From the NCBI GenBank assembly GCA_965276655.1, contig CBDIBD010000002.1, positions 277,923-341,922 of the forward strand: DNA of 64,000 nt, read 5' to 3'. A program made the position numbers and the translations under genes. Positions within the stretch are counted from its first letter, which is position 1; every line of letters starts with the position of its first letter. A model generated the notes under the pieces. That model worked only from the letters and a program-made list of their open reading frames with translations, did no database searches and was not told the origin of the DNA. Of the stretch, positions 56,333 to 64,000 are shown piece after piece. This DNA comes from Acetobacteraceae bacterium (GTDB lineage: Bacteria > Pseudomonadota > Alphaproteobacteria > Acetobacterales > Acetobacteraceae).

Positions 56333-57654
56333 CCGGCGGACTGATCGTGGCCGCCCCGTCCTCGGGTGCCGGCAAGACCACGATCACGCTCGGGCTGCTC
56401 GCGGCACTTCGCGCCCAAGGAACCAACGTCAGCGCGGCCAAGGCCGGCCCCGACTACATCGACCCCGCCTTCCACGCGGCCGCGACCGGACGCGCCTCGG
56501 TCAATCTCGACGGCTGGGCGATGCCCCCGGGGATGGTCACGCAACTCGCGGCCGGCATGATTGAAGGGCTCGCCTCCGGCGAGGGCCTGCTGGTGATCGA
56601 AGCGGCGATGGGCCTGTTCGACGGCGCCGGGCGGCCAGGACCGGGCGGCACCGACGGCAGCGCCGCCTCGCTCGCCGGCCTGCTCAATCTGCCGGTCCTG
56701 CTCGTACTCGACATCGCCGGGCAGGCGCAGTCGGCAGGTGCGGTGGCACTCGGCTTCGCCGCGACCGACCCGCGCGTGCGCATCGGCGGCGTCGTGCTCA
56801 ACAACGTCGCGAGCGAGCGCCACCGCGCCCGCGCCGCGGCCGCCGTCCAAGCCGCCGGCATCCCCGTCCTGGGCAGCGTCGCCCGGTCCGCCGGACTAGC
56901 GCTCCCGTCGCGTCATCTCGGCCTGGTGCAGGCGAGCGAAATGGACGCACTGCCGGCGCATCTCGCGCGCCTCGGCGCCCTCGTCGGTGCGTCCGTCGAC
57001 CTCGACGCGATCCGTGCGATGGCGCGACCCGTCGAAGCCATCGCCGGCACCGGCGGACGCATCGCACCGCCCGGGCAGCGGATCGCGCTCGCGCGCGACG
57101 CGGCCTTCACCTTCGTCTACCCGCACATGCTGGCCGGATGGCGCGACGCGGGCGCCGAGATCGTGCCGTTCTCGCCGCTGGCCGACGAGGCGCCCGATCC
57201 GTTTTGCGACGCGGTGTGGCTCCCGGGCGGCTATCCGGAGCTGCACGCTGGACGCCTGGCCGGAAGCTGTAATTTCATGGACGGCGTCAGGCGGGCGGCA
57301 TCGCGCGCGACGGTGCACGGCGAATGCGGGGGAATGATGGTGATGGGACGTTTCCTGATCGACCAGGCCGGGGCGCGCCACGCGATGACGGGATTGCTCG
57401 ACCACGCGACGAGCTTCGCCGCGCGCCGGCTGCAGCTCGGCTACCGGTCGGCGCGCTTGCTCGCCGACTGCGCGCTCGGCCCGGCCGGCGCCGTCATCGC
57501 CGGCCACGAATTCCACTACGCGACCATCGTCGAGCCCGGCGCCGCCGCACCGATGGCGACGCTCACCGACGCCGACGGCGCGCTCATCGGGCCGGCCGGC
57601 GGCATCGCCGGCCGCGTCTCGGGCAGCTTCTTCCACGCGATCGCGCGCCACTGA
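56329..57654 (+). CDS. cobB: Hydrogenobyrinate a,c-diamide synthase
   Basis: ATGA overlap with cobA. SGAGKTTITLGL loop and a GATase domain (ECGGMMVMG). Confidence 0.9.
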   Translation: MTGGLIVAAPSSGAGKTTITLGLLAALRAQGTNVSAAKAGPDYIDPAFHAAATGRASVNLDGWAMPPGMVTQLAAGMIEGLASGEGLLVIEAAMGLFDGAGRPGPGGTDGSAASLAGLLNLPVLLVLDIAGQAQSAGAVALGFAATDPRVRIGGVVLNNVASERHRARAAAAVQAAGIPVLGSVARSAGLALPSRHLGLVQASEMDALPAHLARLGALVGASVDLDAIRAMARPVEAIAGTGGRIAPPGQRIALARDAAFTFVYPHMLAGWRDAGAEIVPFSPLADEAPDPFCDAVWLPGGYPELHAGRLAGSCNFMDGVRRAASRATVHGECGGMMVMGRFLIDQAGARHAMTGLLDHATSFAARRLQLGYRSARLLADCALGPAGAVIAGHEFHYATIVEPGAAAPMATLTDADGALIGPAGGIAGRVSGSFFHAIARH

Positions 57655-58667
57655 TGGCCGCCTTCGAGACGATGGCGTCGCTGCGTGCCGCCTGCGCGTC
57701 GCCGCCCTCGCCCGACGCGCGGGCGGAGGCCGAGGCAATGGCGCGCCAGGCACGCCTGACCAAGCCCGCCGGCAGCCTCGGCCGCCTCGAGGAACTCGCC
57801 GTGTGGCTCGCCGGCGTCCAGGCGCGCGCCATCCCCCGCCTGGACGCGGTCGACATCCTGGTCTTCGCCGGCAATCACGGCGTGGTGGCCCAGGGCGTGT
57901 CGCCGTTTCCCGCCGCCGTGACCGGGCAGATGGTGGGCAACTTCGCCCGCGGCGGCGCCGCGATCTGGCAGCTCACCCGGCTCGCCGAGGCGAGGCTGCG
58001 CGTGCTGCCGCTCTCGCTCGACACGCCGACCGCCGACATCACCACGGCGCCGGCGATGGACGAGGCCGATTTCCTCCACGCCATCTCGATCGGCTACGAC
58101 GCCGTCGAGGACGGCACCGACCTGGTCTGCCTGGGCGAGATGGGCATCGGCAACACCACCGCCGCCGCCGCACTCGCCGCCTCCCTGCTCGGCGGACGCG
58201 GCGCGGACTGGGCCGGACGCGGCACCGGGCTCGACGATGCCGGCATCGCCCGCAAGGCGGCCGCCATCGACCGGGCGCTTGCCCGCGCCGGCACGCTCGA
58301 TCCGCTCGAGGCGGCACGCCAGCTCGGCGGCCGCGAGCTTGCTGCCCTGCTCGGCGCCGCGCTCGCCGCGTCGCACCGCCGCGTGCCGGTCCTGCTCGAC
58401 GGCTTCGTCTGCACCGCATCCGCGGCACCATTGGCGCGCCTTGCAATCGACGGCCTCGCGCATTGCCGGGTCGCGCACCGGTCCGCCGAGCGCGGCCACC
58501 AGCGCCTGGTCGAAAGCCTCGGCATGCGGCCCCTGCTCGATCTCGACATGCGGCTCGGCGAGGCGTCCGGCGCTGCTGTCGCACTGCTGCTGGCACGTGC
58601 GGCGGTCGCGTGCCACGCCGGCATGGCGACCTTCGACGAGGCCGGCGTCTCGGACCGCGACGCCTGA
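57654..58667 (+). CDS. cobT: Nicotinate-nucleotide--dimethylbenzimidazole phosphoribosyltransferase
   Basis: The ATG at 57654 abuts the cobB stop (TGATG). Motifs LTKPAGSLGRLEEL and GEMGIGNTT. Confidence 0.9.
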   Translation: MAAFETMASLRAACASPPSPDARAEAEAMARQARLTKPAGSLGRLEELAVWLAGVQARAIPRLDAVDILVFAGNHGVVAQGVSPFPAAVTGQMVGNFARGGAAIWQLTRLAEARLRVLPLSLDTPTADITTAPAMDEADFLHAISIGYDAVEDGTDLVCLGEMGIGNTTAAAALAASLLGGRGADWAGRGTGLDDAGIARKAAAIDRALARAGTLDPLEAARQLGGRELAALLGAALAASHRRVPVLLDGFVCTASAAPLARLAIDGLAHCRVAHRSAERGHQRLVESLGMRPLLDLDMRLGEASGAAVALLLARAAVACHAGMATFDEAGVSDRDA

Positions 58668-58673
58668 GCTGAC

Positions 58674-59408
58674 GTGAGGCCGCTCGCCGAGCTGGGTGGT
58701 GCCATCACGCTGCTGACGCGACTGCCCGGTGCGGCCCTGGTGCGCGGACCTTGGCCGGATCCCGGCCGATGCGTGTGGGCCTACCCGCTGATCGGGCTGC
58801 TGATCGGCGGCGTCTCCGGCCTGGTCCTCACCCTCGCCGAGCGGGAAGGCGTGCCGGCACTCGCGGCGTGCACGCTCGCGCTGGCCGCCGCCGCCTCGCT
58901 CACCGGTGGACTGCACGAGGACGCGCTCGCCGACACGTTCGACGCTCTCGGCGGCCGAACGCCCGAACGGCGGCTCGCGATCCTGCGCGACAGCCGCATC
59001 GGCGCGCATGGCGCGCTCGCCCTCATCCTGGCGACGCTGATCCGGGCCGCCTGCCTCGCCGCCATGCCCGGCGGACGCGCGTCGGTCGCCCTCGCCCTCG
59101 CGTCCGTCCTTGGGCGTGCGTCGATCCTGGTGGTGATCGCGCGCGCCCGGCCGGCGCGCACCCAGGGGGCGGCCGCTCCTCTCGGCGAAAGCCCCGCACC
59201 CCGGCTGCTCGCCGGCCTCGCCCTGTCGCTGGCGCTCGCCGTCTCGCTCGACGCGCACTGGGCATTGCCCGTGCTCGCATCGGGACTGACCGGTCTCGCC
59301 GTCGCGCGCCTCTCGCGCCGGCGCTTCGGCGGCTTCACCGGCGACCTCCTCGGGGCCGCCGAGATGCTGGCCGAATGCGCCGTGCTGCTGGCGATCACGA
59401 CGCAATGA
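58674..59408 (+). CDS. cobS: Adenosylcobinamide-GDP ribazoletransferase (cobalamin synthase)
   Basis: GTG start. Polytopic protein with the GGLHEDALADTFD and GGFTGD motifs. Confidence 0.9.
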   Translation: MRPLAELGGAITLLTRLPGAALVRGPWPDPGRCVWAYPLIGLLIGGVSGLVLTLAEREGVPALAACTLALAAAASLTGGLHEDALADTFDALGGRTPERRLAILRDSRIGAHGALALILATLIRAACLAAMPGGRASVALALASVLGRASILVVIARARPARTQGAAAPLGESPAPRLLAGLALSLALAVSLDAHWALPVLASGLTGLAVARLSRRRFGGFTGDLLGAAEMLAECAVLLAITTQ

Positions 59409-60598
59409 CGAACCGTCCGGTCCCGGAACCGTTGCAGACCGGCGACCCGGAGGACTTCGACATGCTGCGAGCACCCGCCTTCGGCTCGCGCGGCGCGCGC
59501 CGGACGCATCGGCTGTTCCATCCGCTCTGCGGCGCCACCGCCGGCACGCTCGCAGCCGTCATGGCCAAGGGCGGCATCGCGCCGTCACGCGCCCATGTCG
59601 CCGCCATCGCCTGCGCGATGGCCGCAATCAGGCTTCCCTTCACCGTGCCGGAAGCGCTCTTCGCGCGCACACTGCCGCGAGACTACGCCGCCCCCATCTT
59701 CATCGTCGGCCACTGGCGCAGCGGCACCACCCACCTCGCCAACATCCTCAGCCGCACCGGCACCTTCGGGCTGCTCTCGCCGGTGTCGGTCGGCCTGCCC
59801 GCGGAGGCGCTCGGGCTCGGGCGGCTGATGGCGCCGCTGATCGGCCAGTTCTTTCCCCGCACCCGCCTGATCGACGGGCTCGCCCTCGCCCCCGACCTGC
59901 CGCAGGAGGACGAGCTCGCGATGGCGAACCTCACGACGCTGTCGTGCCATCACGGGATCTATTTCCCGTCCCGCCTGCGGCACGAGTTCGACCGCGGCGT
60001 CTTCGGCGACGGCGTGGCCCCGGCCGAGCATCGGCGCTGGGCGTCCCGTCTCGAGCGCTACGTCGCCAAGCTGACCTGGCGCGCCGCCGGCCGTCCGCTG
60101 CTGATCCGCAATCCCGCCAACAGCGCCCGCATCCCCATGCTGCGGGCGATCTGGCCGGACGCCCGCTTCATCCACATCCATCGGCATCCGGCATCGGTCT
60201 ACCCATCGTCGGTGCGGATGTTCGCAACCCTGATCAGGGAATTGTCGCTCGGCGGCCCGGAGGCCGACGTCACCGGGCTGGTGCGCCACGTCTATCCGCG
60301 TCTGATGGACCGCCTGATCGACGACATGGCCGCACTCCCCGCGGGGTTCGGCGTCTCGCTTCGCCTCGACGACCTGAAGCGCGCGCCGCTCGACGCGATC
60401 CGGCGCCTGCATGACGGCCTCTCCCTGCCCGGTTTCGCCGACGGGCGCGCGGCCATGGCCCGCTACCTCGACGGCATCGAGCACACGCCCATGCTGCATC
60501 CTCTCTCGCCCTCGGACGCGGCCTGGCTCGAGGAACGCTGCCGGCCGATCCTGTCGCGGCTCGCCTACGGCCGCGAGGCCTGCTCCGAGGCCGCCTGA
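59405..60598 (+). CDS. Sulfotransferase-family protein
   Basis: The ATG at 59405 overlaps the cobS stop (ATGA). PAPS-loop-like [16 protein letters not shown]. Further blocks: [13 protein letters not shown] and [13 protein letters not shown]. Confidence 0.7.
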   Translation: MTNRPVPEPLQTGDPEDFDMLRAPAFGSRGARRTHRLFHPLCGATAGTLAAVMAKGGIAPSRAHVAAIACAMAAIRLPFTVPEALFARTLPRDYAAPIFIVGHWRSGTTHLANILSRTGTFGLLSPVSVGLPAEALGLGRLMAPLIGQFFPRTRLIDGLALAPDLPQEDELAMANLTTLSCHHGIYFPSRLRHEFDRGVFGDGVAPAEHRRWASRLERYVAKLTWRAAGRPLLIRNPANSARIPMLRAIWPDARFIHIHRHPASVYPSSVRMFATLIRELSLGGPEADVTGLVRHVYPRLMDRLIDDMAALPAGFGVSLRLDDLKRAPLDAIRRLHDGLSLPGFADGRAAMARYLDGIEHTPMLHPLSPSDAAWLEERCRPILSRLAYGREACSEAA

Positions 60599-60690
60599 GC
60601 CTCGTTGCTTGCCCGGATGATTACGATAGCGCTGGCCACCGGCGGCCCTCCGTCCTAGCTTGTGATGACAAGAAGTTGGGAGACGTCGAC

Positions 60691-61434
60691 ATGCAAAATG
60701 ACATGCAGCGGCGACTTGTCGCCGAATTCTTCGGAACCTTCTGGCTGGTGTTCGGTGGCTGCGGAAGCGCGATCGTGTCGGCCGCCTATCCGCAGCTCGG
60801 CATCGGCTTCCTCGGCGTGGCGGCCGCCTTCGGCCTGACCGTGCTGACGATGGCCTACGCCGTCGGCCACATCTCCGGCGGCCACTTCAATCCGGCCGTG
60901 ACCCTGGGACTCTGGTCGGCGGGCCGCTGCGCCAACAAGCATGTCGGGCCCTACATCGCGACCCAGGTGGTCGCAGCCGTGCTCGCGTCCTTCGTGCTGT
61001 GGCTGATCGCATTGGGCAAGCCGGGCTGGGCGATGGGCGGCTTCGCCGCCAACGGCTACGGCGCGCTCAGTCCCGGCCACTACTCGACCGGCGCCTGCTT
61101 CCTCGCCGAGTTCGTGCTGACCTTCTTCTTTCTGTCGATCATCATCGGCACGACCTCCAAGGGTGCCGCGACCGGCTTCGCCGGCATCCCGATCGGGCTC
61201 GCCCTCTGCCTGATCCACCTGATCTCGATCCCGATCACCAACACGTCGGTCAACCCGGCGCGAAGCACCGGGCCGGCGCTATTCGCCGGCGGCGCCTATA
61301 TCGGGCAATTATGGCTGTTCTGGATCGCCCCGATCGCCGGCGGGATGCTCGCGGGCGTCATGGGACGCATCCTCTACGAGCAGCCGTCGGCGATCCTCGA
61401 GACCACGGTGGTGGAGCAAGCCTCCAAGGCCTGA
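60691..61434 (+). CDS. aqpZ: Aquaporin Z
   Basis: Two NPA boxes ([16 protein letters not shown]). [15 protein letters not shown] start region. An alternative ATG is at 60703. Confidence 0.9.
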   Translation: MQNDMQRRLVAEFFGTFWLVFGGCGSAIVSAAYPQLGIGFLGVAAAFGLTVLTMAYAVGHISGGHFNPAVTLGLWSAGRCANKHVGPYIATQVVAAVLASFVLWLIALGKPGWAMGGFAANGYGALSPGHYSTGACFLAEFVLTFFFLSIIIGTTSKGAATGFAGIPIGLALCLIHLISIPITNTSVNPARSTGPALFAGGAYIGQLWLFWIAPIAGGMLAGVMGRILYEQPSAILETTVVEQASKA

Positions 61435-61461
61435 ACCCCGGGCGCGTCGGCGCAGGCAAGA

Positions 61462-61494
61462 CCGGGGGCCGAGGCCGGCCCCCGGACCCCCGGC
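61462..61494. repeat. GC-rich hairpin repeat (family member f)
   Basis: 10-bp stem ccgggggccg/cggcccccgg with a 4-nt loop, followed by ACCCCCGGC. The same suffix is seen at 30909-30917. Confidence 0.55.
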
Positions 61495-61655
61495 TGCCAT
61501 CCGATCCTGGCCAAGCCGACCGCGAGTATCGGAGTCCGCTCTGTCTGGAGGCTCGCCGCGGTGCTACCGCTCCCGCCGGCGGTTGGCTCCTGCTGGATGC
61601 AGGCGATGGCGCAATCGGCTATGTCCCTGTCGAAAGTGACGAAGGAAGATGCTTG

Positions 61656-62291
61656 ATGCCGCCCCCTATGCTCGAACATCGCTGGTTGCGACAGGATGCC
61701 GTGGCCCTCCAACTCCGGGAGGCTGGTGGCAATGCCGCCTTGTTCGACTCTGTTCCCGAACCGGAACGGGCAATCAAGTGTCTCGTCGGGCTGTGCTTCT
61801 ACAGATTCGATTCCCAGGTCGGACAGGAGATAAAGAAGAATCTACAGTTCTACTCATCAAAGCCGGGCCATATCGCCATCGCCGTCTGGTTCCTCGGCCT
61901 CATGAAGGCAATAGAAGATAGTCCACAGGACTTTCCGTTTTGTCTATCGGAGAAGGAGTTTACCTATTATTCCGAACAGAACTTTGGTGGCCAGATCAAA
62001 GACATCGAGGAGTTGTATCATCCCCCTTCGTATTATCAGGCTTTGCTCCAAGATATTTTTGGGTCTTTCATCATAATTGCCGTTGGCGCTGCCGCAGCCG
62101 TATCTTTTCCTGAAGCGGCTGCTGGGGCTGCCCTTACCGAGGCCGTTGCTCCCGGAGTTCTCAGAGCCGTGGTCGGAAGTGTCGCCAGCGGTATCACAGC
62201 CCGCTTTCTACCCGGCGGATCATGGGAGGCTCAGAGAAAAAGTAACTTATGGCCAAGATATCAAGCCGATGCGGAAAGACGAAGGCTATGA
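61656..62291 (+). CDS. Hypothetical membrane-associated protein (211 aa) with an Ala/Gly-rich hydrophobic C-terminal region
   Basis: ATG at 61656 with a GAAGGAAG RBS. It is the tail of a long track ORF that runs out of aqpZ in another frame. G+C drops sharply after about 61790. Hydrophobic segments HIAIAVWFLGLM and IFGSFIIIAVGAAAAVSF...GVLRAVVGSVASGI. No family recognised. Confidence 0.5.
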   Translation: MPPPMLEHRWLRQDAVALQLREAGGNAALFDSVPEPERAIKCLVGLCFYRFDSQVGQEIKKNLQFYSSKPGHIAIAVWFLGLMKAIEDSPQDFPFCLSEKEFTYYSEQNFGGQIKDIEELYHPPSYYQALLQDIFGSFIIIAVGAAAAVSFPEAAAGAALTEAVAPGVLRAVVGSVASGITARFLPGGSWEAQRKSNLWPRYQADAERRRL

Positions 62292-62700
62292 TACCTCCGA
62301 TTAGAGCGTACATATATGAAAAAAGACAAGTGATCGTACTGATATGCATCTCTTTGGTTATCTGTTACCTGCATTTTGGAAGAGATATATTTGGTTTTTT
62401 GGGTATGATTCTTGTGTTCTTAGTTTGCTGGAGCTCTTATCCGCATTTTCAGGAAAGAAGTGGTGTCTACTACACTAGCAGGATCTCGCTTCGTATTATT
62501 ATGGTTATGTGTGTCATTGGAACTTTTGTTGGAATTGTACTACAGTTTATGAAGTACTCCAATTTATAAAATCATGAATAGTGACACGGACACTGGAAGG
62601 GTATTCTTGTACTCACGGGAGGTCGGCCTCAATAAGCACTAATGCTCATCTTGGAACACAATCTGGCGATCAGAGAATGGTCAGTCATACAATTGCCTTG
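61790..62700. other. Low-GC segment, probably foreign DNA
   Basis: Hand counts of 60-nt lines give about 43% G+C at 61921 and about 32% at 62341, against a roughly 70% background. No mobility gene was seen. Confidence 0.6.
62288..62569 (+). CDS. Hypothetical small 3-TM membrane protein (93 aa)
   Basis: The ATG at 62288 overlaps the upstream stop (ATGA). Very AT-rich: a hand count of the 60-nt line at 62341 gives about 32% G+C. Three hydrophobic helices. Confidence 0.5.
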   Translation: MIPPIRAYIYEKRQVIVLICISLVICYLHFGRDIFGFLGMILVFLVCWSSYPHFQERSGVYYTSRISLRIIMVMCVIGTFVGIVLQFMKYSNL

Positions 62701-63452
62701 GTTTTCTCGCCCGTGACGCCAGCATCGGCGGCGCGTCCCGCTCCAATCGGCGGCTGGCTTGGCCGTGCAACGCCCGCCATCCAATGCATTGTGACGATCG
62801 GGCTGATCACAGCCGCCGCGACGGCCGCAAAGGATGTGCTCGGTCCGCCTGCCTGCTGCTGATACGCGCCAAGCGCCGCGTCATCAACCGCCTCGGCTTC
62901 GCAGCCGAGCTCTGCTTGCTTGATCATCCCGGGTAGGCGCTCGGGACTCGGCCAGCAGACATCCACTTCATGCGAGTGCCCTGACTCTTTGCGCGATGTT
63001 AACGGCGCCACACGTGAGCTGAACGCATGCGCCTCCGTCGCACCGTCTCGGTCCGCCGCCAGCAAGCGCCGGACTCAGAAACGCGGAGGACACGCGGCCG
63101 CGGATGGTCACGCATCATTGACGTGGCCGCCAGCCCGCCGAGCACCGCGAGGCCGACATCTTCATGCCGTCCCGCTGACATCCAGATCGCCAATCGTATC
63201 GTAAGAATTGAGTGTCGCCACAGCAGACCAACAGGTCATCCTTAATGGTCAGCGTCGGCAACGCAAAGTATCCCTGAGCGCTTGAGGCACCTTCCAAACA
63301 ATAAGTTCGAGTCCATTGACTTGAGTTTATTCGCAATTCTTCTTCAGCTTTGCCGTGTTCTCCTCTAACGTTATTGTTAACCTTGTTCCCGACGCATCGT
63401 TATGCTTTATGATGCGAGCGCATTGGGCGCTATCCTCAAAAAGGGACCGATC

Positions 63453-63686
63453 ATGATCAGCCGCTCGCGACGTTTCGTTTCACAAGGTTCCGGTCTTGCG
63501 CTCACCGCGGCCATTGCCGTTTCGCTGACCGGCCACGCTCGTCACGACGTGGCGATGACACTTGGCGTGCAGTCATCCTCCGCCACGAGTGCACCGGGCA
63601 GCCTGTCGGGCCTGCGGCATGACCGGTCCGCGCATCTCGCGACCGATATCAGCTACAGTCCTGGGCTTTTTCACTCCTATCCCTGA
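63453..63686 (+). CDS. Hypothetical small protein with a signal-peptide-like N-terminus
   Basis: MISRSRRFVSQGSGLALTAAIAVSLTGHA. AAGGGA lies 6 nt upstream. Weak call in decayed-looking DNA. Confidence 0.2.
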   Translation: MISRSRRFVSQGSGLALTAAIAVSLTGHARHDVAMTLGVQSSSATSAPGSLSGLRHDRSAHLATDISYSPGLFHSYP

Positions 63687-64000
63687 CCTCCCTCGGGGCT
63701 CCAAGCTCGCGCGTAGCCAAGTCACGCAACCGTGTCTCCGGTGTAATAACATGACCGGGGAACGGTTTGCGACCGTCGTTAGAGGATCTACGGTTCAAAA
63801 TTGTGGGCTGAAGAGAGTGGTTGGCCTTTTTTCGGCGCGGTATTTGCGATAGCGCAGTGATAGGTCCAGCCTGCGGCTAACGGTCGTGCGGCGTCGATCA
63901 GTCTACAGGACGGTCCATGCGTCTCGCCCGGTGGTCACGGCCCTCATCGTCAGGAATGGTAGGAGGGGCTGCCGTCGCCTTGGCCGTATCTTGCTGGTGT

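Noticed and set aside
61599-61655. 16-codon mini-ORF (MAQSAMSLSKVTKEDA) whose stop overlaps the ATG at 61656, a possible leader peptide
   Set aside because: It is too short, has no obvious RBS, and there is no way to test conservation here. It is noted only as a curiosity.
62581-62862. 93-aa plus-strand ORF in the decayed block
   Set aside because: It overlaps the minus-strand fragments, has no RBS or motif, and its composition is consistent with a chance ORF in GC-rich DNA.
63296-63320. tRNA-like T-loop string GTTCGAGTCC at 63305-63314 (and GGTTCAAAA near 63793), a possible tRNA or att remnant at the island edge
   Set aside because: The flanking bases cannot form a 5-bp T-stem or an acceptor stem, and the second site lacks the invariant C61. 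No cloverleaf can be drawn by hand, so no tRNA is called.

Overview
High-GC (roughly 70% by eye) chromosomal window that looks alphaproteobacterial; I cannot place it more precisely. Most of it is core metabolism. There are SDR/LysR/quinone-oxidoreductase genes and a tightly overlapping operon of class II DAHP synthase, nicotinate phosphoribosyltransferase, an unknown 131-aa protein and gltX. These are followed by cyoABCD, gor and fpr. A large aerobic-type cobalamin (cob) regulon is split into blocks: (1) cobC divergent from cobD(cbiB)-amidase; (2) cobO-cobQ-ubiG; (3) cobP-gcdH divergent from a B12 riboswitch driving DUF1636-cobW-cobN-cobG-cobH-cobI-cobJ; (4) cobK divergent from cobL-cobE-cobM; (5) cbiD; (6) cobA-cobB-cobT-cobS-sulfotransferase. 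Interspersed genes are cspA with two small ORFs, a family-5 (peptide/nickel type) ABC importer with two tandem binding proteins, an MCP, two PF04185-type phosphoesterases with Pho-box-like sites, a TPR-sulfotransferase, chrA, an orphan amino-acid binding protein and aqpZ. Two accessory spots stand out. The first is a lower-GC Tlde1/DUF2778-like peptidoglycan toxin plus signal-peptide immunity candidate, bracketed by a duplicated chrA 3' end. The second is a very low-GC two-gene membrane-protein cassette of unknown function, followed by decayed DNA, after aqpZ. A modular family of GC-rich hairpin repeats recurs in intergenic DNA and intrudes into the cobG 3' end and the annotated cobA and chrA 5' ends. 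No rRNA, tRNA, CRISPR, transposase or integrase was recognised. Many long ORFs in the track are antisense or shadow frames typical of high-GC DNA and were not called.
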